From Bacillota bacterium (lineage in GTDB: Bacteria; Bacillota; Bacilli; Paenibacillales; Paenibacillaceae): DNA of 64,000 bases. Below the pieces are notes generated by a model. It searched no databases. It had not been told where the DNA came from and saw nothing but the letters and a program-made list of their open reading frames with translations. Within the stretch, counting starts at the first letter, position 1, and the number at the start of each line of letters is the position of its first letter. Shown piece after piece: positions 48,066 through 58,956 of the stretch. The position numbers were made by a program, and so were the translations under genes. The stretch spans positions 2,989 to 66,988 of the forward strand of contig JAEWPC010000026.1 in the NCBI GenBank assembly GCA_023460795.1, read 5' to 3'.

Positions 48066-49474
48066 TTGCGGCGCCAACGCATGCCTTGCGGCGTGTCTTC
48101 CAATACGATGCCCCGCTCCGCCAATAAATCGCGGATTTCGTCGGCGCGTTTCCAGTTGCGGCTGCTTCTCGCTTCGGCGCGCTCGGCGATCAACGCGTCG
48201 ACCTCTTCGTCCAGCAGGCCCGCTTCTTCACGCGCAGGCAGCAAGCCGAGCACGTTGTCCATCGCATCGAACCGCTCCAGAATCGCAAGCAGATCCGCCT
48301 CGCTCACCGATTCGCGCTGCAAGTAGTTGTTCGCTTCCGCTACCAGGCCGAACCAAGCCGTGATGGCGTCCGGCGTGCCGAAGTCGTCGTCCATGCTGGC
48401 GTTGAATTGCGCCTGCAGCTCGGCAAGACGCGCTTGAAGCGCTTCGTCCTTCGCGAGCGACAGCGAACCCTTAGCGACCGTAGACAGGCGATGCACGACG
48501 TTGTCCCGGCTGTTCGCCAGCCGTTCGACGCTTCTGTCCGCCTGCTTGAGAATCTCGTCGCTGAAGTTGAGCGGGCTGCGATAATGCGTGGCGAGCATCA
48601 GATAGCGGATGGATTCCTTCTTCGCCATCTTGAGCAGGTTGCGCACGTTAATCCCGTTGCCCAGCGACTTCGACATCTTCTGATTGTCGATGTTGACGAA
48701 GCCGTTATGCATCCAATAGCGGGAAAGCGGCTCCTCCGTCAGCGACTCCGATTGCGCGATCTCGCACTCGTGGTGCGGGAATTGCAGATCGTGGCCGCCC
48801 CCGTGGATGTCGAGCGTATCGCCCGCGTACTTGCGTACCATAGCGGAGCATTCGATATGCCAGCCCGGGCGTCCGTCTCCCCAAGGGCTCGACCAGTAAA
48901 TTTCGCCCGGCTTCGCGGCTTTCCACAGCACGAAGTCCTGCGGGCTCTCCTTACGTTCGTCCACGTCGATGCGAATGCCGTACTGCAATTCGTCCAAATT
49001 CTTATGCGACAGCTTGCCGTATTCCGGGAACGTCGAAGTGCGGAAGTAGACGTCTCCGCCGTTCTCGTACGCCGCGCCCTTCTTCACCAAGCCGTCGATG
49101 AACGCGATGATCTCCGGAATCGTCTCCGTTACGCGCGGCTGGATCGTAGCCGGACGTGCGCCAAGGCCGTCGCGATCTTCCTTGAACGCCGCGATGAATT
49201 TCTCCGCGAGTTCGGGAACGGTGATGCCAAGCTCGTTCGCTTTGCGGATCATTTTATCGTCGACGTCCGTAAAGTTCACGATGTAATTGACCTCGAGGCC
49301 GAGCGATTCCAAGTATCTGCGGGCTACGTCGAAAAATATGACCGGACGCGCGTTGCCGATATGAATAAAGTCGTACACCGTCGGTCCGCATACGTACATG
49401 TTTACCTTGCCCTCTTCGCGCGGAACGAAAAGCTCTTCCTTCCTCGTCATGCTATTGTAGATCTTCAAGTTCAC
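48062..49474 (-). CDS. cysS: Cysteine--tRNA ligase
   Basis: CGPTVY, HIGN, GWHIEC and KMSKS motifs. Confidence 0.98.
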   Translation of the reverse strand: MNLKIYNSMTRKEELFVPREEGKVNMYVCGPTVYDFIHIGNARPVIFFDVARRYLESLGLEVNYIVNFTDVDDKMIRKANELGITVPELAEKFIAAFKEDRDGLGARPATIQPRVTETIPEIIAFIDGLVKKGAAYENGGDVYFRTSTFPEYGKLSHKNLDELQYGIRIDVDERKESPQDFVLWKAAKPGEIYWSSPWGDGRPGWHIECSAMVRKYAGDTLDIHGGGHDLQFPHHECEIAQSESLTEEPLSRYWMHNGFVNIDNQKMSKSLGNGINVRNLLKMAKKESIRYLMLATHYRSPLNFSDEILKQADRSVERLANSRDNVVHRLSTVAKGSLSLAKDEALQARLAELQAQFNASMDDDFGTPDAITAWFGLVAEANNYLQRESVSEADLLAILERFDAMDNVLGLLPAREEAGLLDEEVDALIAERAEARSSRNWKRADEIRDLLAERGIVLEDTPQGMRWRRK

Positions 49475-49491
49475 GAGTCATGCTCCTTTAG

Positions 49492-50217
49492 TCAAATATC
49501 GTATAGGTAAGCGGCGCCCACGGCTTCCGCTGCTTTCTCGTCTTCCTTCTTCAGCTCTTCCTCGGTCGGGCAGTTCTCGCCCTTCAGCCGTTCCACTTCG
49601 CGCTTAAGCTCGTTGATTTCCTTCTGCATGAAACGGAACGTCTCGATCACCGGATCGGGCAAGCTCGTATGGTTGAGCCGATCTCCGACCCGCTGTCCGT
49701 TCCGCTTCACGATCCGGCCGGGAATCCCGACGACCGTGCTGTTCGGGGGCACTTCTCGCAGGACGACAGAGTTCGCTCCGATGCTGGAGTGGTCTCCGAC
49801 CGTAAACGAGCCGAGCACCTTCGCACCCGAGGCGATGACGACCCGATTGCCGATCGTCGGATGCCGTTTCCCTTTTTCCTTACCCGTTCCCCCGAGCGTC
49901 ACGCCCTGATAGATGACAACCTCGTCCCCGATCTCGCACGTTTCCCCGATGACGACGCCCATCCCGTGGTCGATGAACAGCTTGCGTCCGATCTTAGCGC
50001 CCGGATGGATTTCGATACCGGTGAAAAACCGGCTGATCTGCGAGATGAACCTAGCGACCGTAAACCACCTGTGTCTGTAAAAGAAATGCGCGATACGATG
50101 AGACCATATGGCGTGCAAGCCCGAATACGAGAAAATGACCTCGAACCGGCCTCGAGCCGCCGGGTCGTTCTCTAGAATGACATCGATATCGGACTTCACG
50201 TTGCTCCAGAACCCCAT
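49492..50217 (-). CDS. cysE: Serine O-acetyltransferase
   Basis: [21 protein letters not shown] and KRHPTIG motifs. Confidence 0.97.
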   Translation of the reverse strand: MGFWSNVKSDIDVILENDPAARGRFEVIFSYSGLHAIWSHRIAHFFYRHRWFTVARFISQISRFFTGIEIHPGAKIGRKLFIDHGMGVVIGETCEIGDEVVIYQGVTLGGTGKEKGKRHPTIGNRVVIASGAKVLGSFTVGDHSSIGANSVVLREVPPNSTVVGIPGRIVKRNGQRVGDRLNHTSLPDPVIETFRFMQKEINELKREVERLKGENCPTEEELKKEDEKAAEAVGAAYLYDI

Positions 50218-50261
50218 GTCTTTCCCCCCATTTGTTGCCTCTCTTAATCTCCTCCGGAAAA

Positions 50262-50585
50262 ATAAAAAACGCCCCTGCAGCTTTCGCTGCAGAGACGTGT
50301 ATCAGACGCGGTCCCACTCTGCTTGCGCCATCGCATTCCCACCCAATCGGGATCGCGTCGGCGAACTCCTACTGCTGGTAACGGGAACAACCCGGCACCG
50401 CTCACCTGGACATTCCGTCGGACGATTCGAGGCGTTCGCTTCGCGATGCCGTCCGTCGGCTTTCCAATCAGCGGCGCAGCTCCCAGGCGCAATTCGGTCT
50501 CGTCGGAATGGGACGGCTCTCAGCCAAGGCCGTCTTCTCTGGACATTCGCGGGGCGAAACGTACTTTCCTGTTCGTCGCACATGT
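50262..50585 (-). promoter_or_regulatory. Cysteine T-box riboswitch
   Basis: AGAGA and GCTGAGA stem I motifs; specifier UGC (Cys) at 50491-50489; T-box AAGCAGAGTGGGACCGCG (50324-50307); terminator 50298-50265. Confidence 0.92.
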
Positions 50586-50598
50586 TCGATATAGAGCA

Positions 50599-50627
50599 AG
50601 TATATCCCAACGGCGTGAAGGTGACAA
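50599..50627 (-). promoter_or_regulatory. Putative sigma-A promoter directly upstream of the T-box
   Basis: TTGTCA-N17-TATACT. Confidence 0.6.
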
Positions 50628-50637
50628 GTAACGCTTA

Positions 50638-52107
50638 TTACAGCGCCGATAACCTATCGTTAAGACGTTCCAGCACCCGATCGCGGCCGAGCAGCCAGAT
50701 CGTTCCGTTCAAATCCGGGCCGTGCATCTGTCCCGTAAGCGCGATGCGGATCGGCATGAATAAGCCTTTGCCTTTGACGCCCGTCTCGGCTTGAACGGCT
50801 TTGATCAGCACCTTCATGTTCTCGATCGTGAATCCGTCATCGCCCGCGGACTCCACTTGGTTGCGGAACGCGGCGAGCACCGTAGGTACCGTCGCCTCCG
50901 ACATCACCTGCTTCGATTCTTCATCGAGCTCAGGTACGTCCGCGAAGAACAAATCCGATAACGGCACGATTTCCGCGCCGTAGCGCAGATGATCGCGGAA
51001 CAGCTGAACGAGCGCGTTCGCCCATTCGAGTTCTTGACCGCTAGGGTTTTCACTCAGACGGCCCGCAGACTTGAGGTGCGGCAAGCAAAGCTCGACGACC
51101 CGCTCCTGCGTCGCTTGTTTCATGTAATGCTGATTGATCCAATTCAGCTTCGCCGTGTCGAATACGGCCGGGCTCTTGGACAACCGGTTCGCGTTGAAAA
51201 TTTCGACGAGCTGCTCGCGGCCGAAGATTTCCTGCTCGCCCTCAGGCGACCAGCCCAAGAGCGTAATGAAGTTGAACAGCGCCTCCGGGAGGAAGCCCAG
51301 CTTGTCGTACTGCTCGATGAATTGAATGATCGATTCGTCGCGCTTGGACAGCTTCTTGCGATGCTCGTTGACGATCAGCGTCATATGCCCGAATTCCGGC
51401 GGCGTCCATCCGAACGCCTCGTACACCATGAGTTGGCGAGGCGTGTTCGTGATATGGTCTTCCCCGCGAAGCACGTGCGTGATCGCCATCAGATGATCGT
51501 CGATCGCGACCGCATAGTTGTACGTCGGAATGCCGTCCTTCTTGACGATGACGAAGTCGCCGAAATCGTCGGATTGGAAGGAGATTTCGCTCTTGACCGT
51601 ATCGTTCCACGTATAAGTCCGGTTAGCCGGAACCGTGAACCGAACGCTTGGCACGCGTCCTTCCGCAGCAAGCTTCTCGCGCTCCGCATCGGAGAGATGG
51701 CGGCAACGGCCGGAATACTTCGGCGTCTCGCCCCGGGCGGATTGCTCCTCGCGCTCCCGCTCCAGCTCTTCTTCGGTGCAATAGCAGAGGTAAGCCTGCT
51801 TGCTCTCCATCAATTGCGCCGTATGAGCGTTGTAGATGTCGAGCCGCTCGGTCTGGCGGTACGGTCCGTACTCGCCTACTTTGTCGATGCTCTCGTCCCA
51901 ATCGACTCCGAGCCACTTCAGATAAGTAAGCTGGCTTTCTTCGCCGCCGGCGATGTTGCGCTTCAGGTCGGTGTCTTCGATTCGAATGATGAACTCGCCG
52001 CCGTGATGGCGCGCGAACAAATAGTTGAATATCGCCGTGCGCGCGTTGCCGATATGTAAGTGTCCCGTCGGGCTTGGCGCATAACGTACGCGAACTTTAG
52101 CAGACAT
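50638..52107 (-). CDS. gltX: Glutamate--tRNA ligase
   Basis: [14 protein letters not shown] and KLSKR motifs. Confidence 0.98.
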   Translation of the reverse strand: MSAKVRVRYAPSPTGHLHIGNARTAIFNYLFARHHGGEFIIRIEDTDLKRNIAGGEESQLTYLKWLGVDWDESIDKVGEYGPYRQTERLDIYNAHTAQLMESKQAYLCYCTEEELEREREEQSARGETPKYSGRCRHLSDAEREKLAAEGRVPSVRFTVPANRTYTWNDTVKSEISFQSDDFGDFVIVKKDGIPTYNYAVAIDDHLMAITHVLRGEDHITNTPRQLMVYEAFGWTPPEFGHMTLIVNEHRKKLSKRDESIIQFIEQYDKLGFLPEALFNFITLLGWSPEGEQEIFGREQLVEIFNANRLSKSPAVFDTAKLNWINQHYMKQATQERVVELCLPHLKSAGRLSENPSGQELEWANALVQLFRDHLRYGAEIVPLSDLFFADVPELDEESKQVMSEATVPTVLAAFRNQVESAGDDGFTIENMKVLIKAVQAETGVKGKGLFMPIRIALTGQMHGPDLNGTIWLLGRDRVLERLNDRLSAL

Positions 52108-52131
52108 GATGATTCCTCCTTGATCAATCAG

Positions 52132-52608
52132 TTATTCCTTAACGAGCAATACGACCGCTTGAGCGGCGATCCCTTCGCCGCGTCCGGTAAAACCCAGCTT
52201 CTCGGACGTCGTCGCTTTCACGTTCACTTCGGTTACCTCTCCGCCAAGCGCCTTGGCGATAACCGACGCCATCTGCCCGATATAAGGCGCCATCTTCGGC
52301 GCTTGGGCGATGATCGTCGCGTCGACGTTGCCGAGCTTGTAGCCCCGCTCCGTGGCGAGCGCCCATACGCGCTCCAGCAGCTTCACACTGTCCGCGTCTT
52401 TGTAGGCGGTATCCGTGTCCGGAAAATGCTTGCCGATGTCTCCAAGCGCAAGCGCCCCCAGCACTGCATCGCTGATCGCGTGCAGCAGCACGTCCGCGTC
52501 GGAATGGCCGAGAAGGCCTTTGTCGTACGGAATCGTTACGCCGCCGATAATGCACGGCCTGCCCTCCACGAGCTGATGCACGTCGAAGCCTTGTCCCACT
52601 CGAATCAT
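52132..52608 (-). CDS. ispF: 2-C-methyl-D-erythritol 2,4-cyclodiphosphate synthase
   Basis: [16 protein letters not shown] and NVKATT motifs. Confidence 0.98.
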   Translation of the reverse strand: MIRVGQGFDVHQLVEGRPCIIGGVTIPYDKGLLGHSDADVLLHAISDAVLGALALGDIGKHFPDTDTAYKDADSVKLLERVWALATERGYKLGNVDATIIAQAPKMAPYIGQMASVIAKALGGEVTEVNVKATTSEKLGFTGRGEGIAAQAVVLLVKE

Positions 52609-53309
52609 GTTCGTCCATTCTCCTTCCGACGACGGGAGAGAAGCAGCTCCGCGACAGGCAAATCTTCCGGCGTCGTTATTTTTAGGTTGCTATAGTCTCC
52701 GCTCACGATCGCTACCTTCTTGCCAAGCCGCTCAAGCAGCATCGCGTCGTCGGTAGCCGCCGCCCCGTCGTACATCGCTTGCCGGTGCGCGTCCATCAAC
52801 TCCTCGCGCCGGAATGCCTGCGGCGTCTGCACGCCCCACAGCGTCTTGCGCTCGGGCGTCGCCACGATGAAGCCGTCGCCGTCCGAGACCTTGATCGTAT
52901 CTTTAACGGGCACCGCCAGAGCAGCAGCGCCGTGAGCTTCCGCCGACCGGCAGCAAGCTTCGATCTGCTCGGGCGTCACGAGCGGCCTGGCCGCGTCATG
53001 AACGAGCACGCCTTCCGTCGGCAAAGCCGACAATCCGTTGTACACGCTGTCTTGCCGCTCGCCCCCGCCGGCTACGATCGCCGTTACCTTAGCAAGGCGT
53101 TCGGCGGCCACGATCTCGGCGATTCTCTGCTCTTCGCCCGGCGCTGCCACGATCACGACGGACGTAACCGCCGGGCACGACTCGAACGCCGCGAGCGCAT
53201 GAGCCAGCACCGGGCGTCCGTCAAGCTTCAAATAAATTTTGTTGTCCGCCGAACCCATGCGGGTTCCCCGTCCGGCCGCAACGATGACGGCTCCCCAATC
53301 CATCCGCAT
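52605..53309 (-). CDS. ispD: 2-C-methyl-D-erythritol 4-phosphate cytidylyltransferase
   Basis: [21 protein letters not shown] and KITTPED motifs. Confidence 0.97.
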   Translation of the reverse strand: MRMDWGAVIVAAGRGTRMGSADNKIYLKLDGRPVLAHALAAFESCPAVTSVVIVAAPGEEQRIAEIVAAERLAKVTAIVAGGGERQDSVYNGLSALPTEGVLVHDAARPLVTPEQIEACCRSAEAHGAAALAVPVKDTIKVSDGDGFIVATPERKTLWGVQTPQAFRREELMDAHRQAMYDGAAATDDAMLLERLGKKVAIVSGDYSNLKITTPEDLPVAELLLSRRRKENGRT

Positions 53310-53388
53310 AGTCCCCTCTAACCGAGCAAAAATAACAAAGACGGGACCGTAACGCGCGTCCCGCCCGTATTCTTAATATCATACCTTG

Positions 53389-54480
53389 TCAGAGCGCTTT
53401 TTCCAATAGCTTCGGCTTCGCGAAGATCATGCGGCCCGCCGACGTCTGCAAGACGCTCGTCACGAGCACTTCCATCGTCGTCCCGATGAAGTCCCGTCCG
53501 CCCTCGACGACGATCATGGTGCCGTCGTCCAAGTAAGCGACGCCTTGTCCATGTTCTTTGCCGTCCTTGATGACTTGCACGACGATCTCTTCGCCGGGCA
53601 GCACGACAGGCTTGACCGCGTTGGCGAGATCGTTAATGTTAAGCACCGACACTCCTTGCAGCTCGCATACTTTGTTCAGGTTAAAGTCGTTCGTGACGAC
53701 TTTGCCTTTCATCGCTTTCGCCAGCTTGACGAGCTTGCTGTCCACCTCGCCCGGCTCCTCCGACGCATCCTCGTAGATCAACACCCGGACGTCGAGCTCT
53801 TTCTGGATTTTGTTCAGGATGTCGAGACCTCTGCGACCGCGATTGCGCTTGAGCAAGTCGGACGAATCCGCGATATGCTGCAGCTCCTCGAGCACGAACT
53901 CGGGAATGACGAGCGTACCTTCAATGAACCCGGTCTTGCAGATGTCGGCGATTCGGCCGTCGATAATGACGCTCGTATCGAGAATTTTGTGTTCCTCGTA
54001 GCGAGGGCTCTCCTCCTTGACCGGCACCGGCGCCTTCCGAGTGCTGATCCAATCTCCGATCTCCCCGCGCTTATGAATGCCTAGCCGAATCCCCGCATAA
54101 CCGAGCGTCAATGCGACGCCAGCGGCCAACACTCCTCCGATTTGCGGAATATCGGTAATGAACGGATACAGGAAAGACGATAGCGCAAGTCCGAAAGTAA
54201 GCCCCACAGAACCCGACAGCAGATCCGCCATCGGGAATACCGACAGCCTATCGATGCCTTTCTGAATCGCGCGGGCCAGCGGCGCCGCGATCGATGTGGC
54301 AAGCATGAAGCCTACGAAAGCGCCGACTGCCATCGCGAACATGTTCCCCGAGCCCGAGCTCGCGCCGATCAGCGGGTCCATCCACTGCGCGCCGCCCGTC
54401 GTCCGCCACGTCGACATTTGTTGCCCGAGCAAAGCCCCGATCAGCACGCCGGCTATCTGGATGACTCTTCTCATCATCAT
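53389..54480 (-). CDS. yacL: Membrane-anchored PIN/TRAM domain protein YacL
   Basis: [20 protein letters not shown] and [10 protein letters not shown] motifs. Confidence 0.92.
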   Translation of the reverse strand: MMMRRVIQIAGVLIGALLGQQMSTWRTTGGAQWMDPLIGASSGSGNMFAMAVGAFVGFMLATSIAAPLARAIQKGIDRLSVFPMADLLSGSVGLTFGLALSSFLYPFITDIPQIGGVLAAGVALTLGYAGIRLGIHKRGEIGDWISTRKAPVPVKEESPRYEEHKILDTSVIIDGRIADICKTGFIEGTLVIPEFVLEELQHIADSSDLLKRNRGRRGLDILNKIQKELDVRVLIYEDASEEPGEVDSKLVKLAKAMKGKVVTNDFNLNKVCELQGVSVLNINDLANAVKPVVLPGEEIVVQVIKDGKEHGQGVAYLDDGTMIVVEGGRDFIGTTMEVLVTSVLQTSAGRMIFAKPKLLEKAL

Positions 54481-54673
54481 TAATAAATCACTCCCTAACT
54501 TCTAAAAAATCGAAATTCCGTTACTAGTATGTTCCATTTTTCGTAAAGCTAATCGTCCCCGAGTCCCCGTATTCCAAGTTGGCCCAATTCGCTAACTTCT
54601 TTTGAATTTCGAAGCTCCTTGCTCTATAATGAGAGGTGGAAAAGTAAACTAAAGGTAACCGAGGTGGGAACGG

Positions 54674-55069
54674 ATGAGCGCACCTACGCTCCAGGAATTC
54701 CAGAGTCAGGTGTCGGAACTGTTGCTCCGTCATCGCAGCTTGCTCGATGTCGTAACCAAGTACAGCCAATCCAATGCATCCGTGAATCGGGCCGTAGCCA
54801 AATCCATAACCGAGTGCGGCTGCATCGAATTAAATGCTAGACACCAAGGCTTTTCCGCCGATATGGAGCTGGACCAAGCGAACCGGCAGTCCAAGTCTCA
54901 CATGGAGGGCCATCTCTGCGAGCATTGCCGAGACGCGATCCAGAGCGAGATGGGCAAGAACTTGTTCTATATGACCGCACTATGCAACGCGCTGGATATT
55001 AACATGCAAGAAGTCGTCAATAAGGAAGCCGAGAAGTGCTCCACGCTGGGATGGTTTAATCTAACTTAA
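54674..55069 (+). CDS. Conserved hypothetical protein with Cys motifs and a MazG-like C-terminal helix pattern
   Basis: GAGGTG RBS; ECGC and HLCEHC motifs; EMGKNLFYMTALCNALDINMQEV; followed by a hairpin at 55075-55115. Confidence 0.75.
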   Translation: MSAPTLQEFQSQVSELLLRHRSLLDVVTKYSQSNASVNRAVAKSITECGCIELNARHQGFSADMELDQANRQSKSHMEGHLCEHCRDAIQSEMGKNLFYMTALCNALDINMQEVVNKEAEKCSTLGWFNLT

Positions 55070-55189
55070 CGAATAACGCCTCCGCTCCTTCGTTGTCCGA
55101 AGGGCCGGAGGCGTTGTTGTTGAATGGACATGAATAAAAGCACCGGAGCCCCCTATTCGGGTTGTCCGATGCTTTCGGATTCATGCGCG

Positions 55190-55930
55190 TCAGGCGCTAT
55201 GTTTGTGCGTCTCTTCTTCTTCGTGCGGGAGCCGGTTCTTGCTTCTGAGTCTTCTTGGGAGCAGTCGATCAACGTTTTTTTTTAGGCCCCAAAGCGCGTA
55301 TAGGAGCAACAGCGCCAGAATCATCTTAGGAATCGCTTCTTGGAACATGTAAGCCAGCAGGGCCGCGCCCGCTACGACGATCGGAATCGCCCACATCGCC
55401 GCTTTCGGCAAGCCGAGCTTCTTGAAGTTCGGATATTTCATATTGCTAATCATTAAGAACGATAAGGCTAGCGTGCTGATCAGCAGCAGCGAGAAGTGAA
55501 GCTCCGAGTTAAACAAAGCAAGCGTGGCCAGGACGCCGCCCGCGGCGGGAATCGGCAAGCCGATGAAGTATCCGGGGATACCGGCGATCACATTGAAGCG
55601 AGCAAGCCTCAAGGCGCCGCAAATCGGGAAGATTGCCGTGACGATCCATGCCATTGCTGGATTCACGTCTTGGAAAGCCGCTTGATACATAATGAATGCG
55701 GGAGCGACGCCGAAGGAGATGACATCGGATAACGAATCTAATTCTTTGCCGAATTCGCTCTGCGCGTTAAGCGCCCGTGCGACGCGACCATCCAGTCCAT
55801 CCAGAAGCATGGCGATGATAACGAGCAATGCCGCAGTGTTCGGTTCGTCGTTAAACGCCATAATAATCGCGATCACGCCTAGGAACAGATTCCCGATCGT
55901 GAACATATTCGGTATGGATTTAGTGATCAT
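55190..55930 (-). CDS. pssA: CDP-diacylglycerol--serine O-phosphatidyltransferase
   Basis: DGLDGRVAR...GKELDSLSDVISFG CDP-alcohol transferase motif; RLARFN. Confidence 0.92.
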   Translation of the reverse strand: MITKSIPNMFTIGNLFLGVIAIIMAFNDEPNTAALLVIIAMLLDGLDGRVARALNAQSEFGKELDSLSDVISFGVAPAFIMYQAAFQDVNPAMAWIVTAIFPICGALRLARFNVIAGIPGYFIGLPIPAAGGVLATLALFNSELHFSLLLISTLALSFLMISNMKYPNFKKLGLPKAAMWAIPIVVAGAALLAYMFQEAIPKMILALLLLYALWGLKKNVDRLLPRRLRSKNRLPHEEEETHKHSA

Positions 55931-56042
55931 GTTTGCCACCTCGACTTTACTATGCCCTATCGGCCCGAAGGTTAAGCGTCTCGCAAGGGCGCTAAAGTTG
56001 TTTATATTGCCATGATGAAGACCAAAGTCCATTGTAGTCCCG

Positions 56043-57149
56043 TTAAATCTGTCTGTCAATAAACACCTGCTCTTGAATACGCTTCAAGCCGTCCTTAATC
56101 GTACGGGCCCTGACTTCGCCGATTCCGTCGACTTCGTCCAGTTCCTCGATAGTAGCCATCACGATATGCGGCAGCGCGTTGAACCGATCGACGAGATTAT
56201 GGATGATCACGCTAGGCAATCTTGGAATCTTGCTTAGCATGCGGTATCCGCGCGGCATGAGCCCTTCCTCGGTTACCGTGCTCAAGGAAGGATAACCGAG
56301 CAACCGAATAAGAAGCGCCGAATCGAGCAGCTCCTCCGAAGTCAGCTTGCGAACGGCCGCCTGAATTTCCTTGATTTTCTCGTCGCTGTCTTCCTTGGCG
56401 TAATCCTTAAGCAGAAGCCATGCTTCTTCTTCGACGGTACCGACGAGCTCGTCTTTCTGCATGCTGATCAGACGGCCTTCATTGCCGAGCTCCAGCACGT
56501 ACCGGTTGATTTCATTCTTAATGCGCAGTACCATCTCGGCTCGTTGGAACACGTGCGCGACTTCATGCATCGTAACCAATTCTTCGTATTCCAATGCCGA
56601 TAAATTCGTCAGCGCTTGAGTCAGAACCGCCCGGTATTTCTCCAGCGTCTGAATCGCCTGGTTCGCCTTCGTCAGGATGACGCTCATATCCTTGAGCGCA
56701 TAGCGGAGCTGCCCTTGGTATAGCGTAATCACGTTCCGCCGTTGCGAGATCGACACGACCAGCTTGCCGGTCTGCTTCGCGACCCGCTCCGCGGTCCGGT
56801 GGCGAATGCCGGTCTCCGTCGACGTGATGGAAGGGCTTGGGATGAGCTGGGTATTCGCGTACAAGATACGTTTGGCATCCTCGCTGAGGATGATCGCGCC
56901 ATCCATCTTAGCCAGCTCATATAAGTAGTTTGGACTGAATTCGCAGTTGATGGAGAAGCCCCCATCCACCAGTTCCATCAGTTCGGGACTGTTGCCCACG
57001 ACAATAAGCGCGCCTGTCTTGGCACGCAGCACGTTCTCCAACCCGGCCCTGAAAGGGGTGCCCGGAGCGACCATTTGGAGCAGCTGGTTCATCGTCTCCT
57101 GCTGCAGTTGCTCTTTATCTTTAGACTCTTTCTCTTTCGTATCCTTCAT
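56043..57149 (-). CDS. disA: DNA integrity scanning diadenylate cyclase DisA
   Basis: DGA and RHR DAC motifs; C-terminal Hh[10 protein letters not shown]. Confidence 0.97.
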   Translation of the reverse strand: MKDTKEKESKDKEQLQQETMNQLLQMVAPGTPFRAGLENVLRAKTGALIVVGNSPELMELVDGGFSINCEFSPNYLYELAKMDGAIILSEDAKRILYANTQLIPSPSITSTETGIRHRTAERVAKQTGKLVVSISQRRNVITLYQGQLRYALKDMSVILTKANQAIQTLEKYRAVLTQALTNLSALEYEELVTMHEVAHVFQRAEMVLRIKNEINRYVLELGNEGRLISMQKDELVGTVEEEAWLLLKDYAKEDSDEKIKEIQAAVRKLTSEELLDSALLIRLLGYPSLSTVTEEGLMPRGYRMLSKIPRLPSVIIHNLVDRFNALPHIVMATIEELDEVDGIGEVRARTIKDGLKRIQEQVFIDRQI

Positions 57150-57168
57150 GATGTGAACGATTCCCCCC

Positions 57169-57244
57169 CTATTCCAACGCTGCTTTAAGCGCTTCGGCGA
57201 CCGTCTCGACCCCCTCGCAGCCCTTCCACCGTCATATCGAAAAT
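57169..57244 (-). pseudogene. radA: Two fused remnants of the native radA
   Basis: 57244-57215 reads [10 protein letters not shown] (RadA GIFEMxxxGLxE motif); 57213-57169 reads [18 protein letters not shown] (RadA C-terminus), ending just before the disA RBS. Confidence 0.7.
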
Positions 57245-57382
57245 ATGTCCATACCTTTCATTCAACAAAATGAACACTACCTATAATATGCTCATCACAC
57301 CTGACCTCTGAACCACACGCAAGAACTATCCTTAACCCTCACTACAAGTATAAAGGAAACTCCAAACCATGGAAAGAAACGC

Positions 57383-58804
57383 TTATTCATCCCATGGTGC
57401 CGGTTGAGTATTCTTTTTTGGCATTGAACCAAACACGGAATGGATAACATGGCTTAATGTTTTACATGGAATGACCTGAATGGTCTTAAAAGTGGTTGTC
57501 GGCTTTAAGCCATTTGATGCAACGTACACCTTTTTGAATCCCATTCGCTCAATTTCCCTGATACGCATTTCAAGGGTCGGTACTTTCTTCAATTCACCAG
57601 TAAGTCCGATATCCGCAATAAATACGGTATCATTCGGAATACCGATGTTCTTTACGGATGACACGATACTCATGATAGCAGCTAAGTTGGATGACTGCTC
57701 TTTGAGTTTCATTCCTCCTGTGGTTTTCACAACCACATTCTTGTCATGCATTAAAATCTCGGCTCGTTGCTCCATGATGCTAATTAGCGTATTAACATGG
57801 TCTTTTTTCAAGCACTCGGCAATACGGCTTGGATAAGGCATGAACGTTTGAGAAACCAGGCTTTCAATCTCTAGGATAATGGCTCTGGTCCCTTCTTTTA
57901 CGACAGTTAAAGCACTACCGCTAACCATTTCATGATCCGCCCGTTGCGTCATGAAAAACTCAGAAGGATTGTCTACAGGCGATAAACCCGTCTCCTCCAT
58001 GATGAAAAAGCCAATCTCACCTGTACCCGCGAAGCGGTTCTTAGAAGAGTACAACGTTTTCAACTCTTCTCCTTCTTCGCCCTCAAGAATTAGAACCGTA
58101 TCGACCAAATGTTCTAATGCTCTAAGTCCTGCTAACTCATTGTCTTTGGTCATTTGACCAACCATCATAACAGCTCTTGGACGACTTGAATCCTTTGCGA
58201 CTTTGAGTAATGCCGTAGCACATTCCATGGTTTGCGTTGGAGAACCAGGTCTAGATGGATACTCATCCAAAACAAACGTTTGAATACTATCTATGATGAT
58301 GAGGTCAGGATCCACTTCTTCAATACATCCCAACACATGATTTAAACTGTTATCGCTATATACCCAAACATCTTCATGGATATTGTTCGGTAAAATACGT
58401 TCAGCTCTTCGCTTAATTTGGGATTCGCTTTCTTCCCCGGATGCATACAACACTTTATATCCTTTGCTAGCCACATCATTAGATATTTGAAGTAAAAGTG
58501 TAGATTTTCCCGCGCCTGGTACTGCCGTAATGATGGTCAGAGAATCCCTAACGATTCCCCCACCCATAACACGATTAAACTCGTTGTATGAAGTAACAAT
58601 TCTATCGCTATTTTGGGAGATCGTTTCCGTAAGACGCTTAATGGATACGTTCTTCTTTACTGTGATTTGCTTCTGTTCACTTGAACCGCCTACCGCATCT
58701 TCAATTAGCGTGTTCCACTCTCGGCAGTTGTTGCATGACCCTTGCCACTTGGGATGCTCAAAACCACATGCACTACAAATATATACATTCTTTTTCTTTG
58801 CCAT
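57383..58804 (-). CDS. radA: DNA repair protein RadA/Sms, divergent AT-rich copy
   Basis: C4 zinc finger CSAC/CNNC, PGAGKST, IIDSIQT, LEHLVD and KNRFA motifs; about 35-47% GC in sampled lines versus about 63% in a sampled clpC line. Confidence 0.93.
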   Translation of the reverse strand: MAKKKNVYICSACGFEHPKWQGSCNNCREWNTLIEDAVGGSSEQKQITVKKNVSIKRLTETISQNSDRIVTSYNEFNRVMGGGIVRDSLTIITAVPGAGKSTLLLQISNDVASKGYKVLYASGEESESQIKRRAERILPNNIHEDVWVYSDNSLNHVLGCIEEVDPDLIIIDSIQTFVLDEYPSRPGSPTQTMECATALLKVAKDSSRPRAVMMVGQMTKDNELAGLRALEHLVDTVLILEGEEGEELKTLYSSKNRFAGTGEIGFFIMEETGLSPVDNPSEFFMTQRADHEMVSGSALTVVKEGTRAIILEIESLVSQTFMPYPSRIAECLKKDHVNTLISIMEQRAEILMHDKNVVVKTTGGMKLKEQSSNLAAIMSIVSSVKNIGIPNDTVFIADIGLTGELKKVPTLEMRIREIERMGFKKVYVASNGLKPTTTFKTIQVIPCKTLSHVIHSVFGSMPKKNTQPAPWDE

Positions 58805-58833
58805 AAAACACCCACTTCCTAATCTAATTAATA

Positions 58834-58862
58834 ATTATATCGGAGGTACTGATGATTCCCAA
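58834..58862 (-). promoter_or_regulatory. Putative sigma-A promoter of the foreign radA
   Basis: TTGGGA-N17-TATAAT. Confidence 0.55.
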
Positions 58863-58871
58863 GAGCTTGAG

Positions 58872-58904
58872 AAAAAAAAGAACTCTCCCGCCGGGAGGGT
58901 TCTT
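58872..58904 (-). terminator. Intrinsic terminator upstream of radA
   Basis: AAGAACCCTCCC-GGC-GGGAGAGTTC followed by T8. Confidence 0.8.
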
Positions 58905-58956
58905 ACGCTTTTACCCATGAAAAAGAGTTTGCCATGTCCAAGCCGAGAGAGAAACC

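Noticed and set aside
57245..57382. Integrase or transposase remnant beside the foreign radA
   Set aside because: Only about 140 bp of AT-rich DNA with no recognisable coding motif
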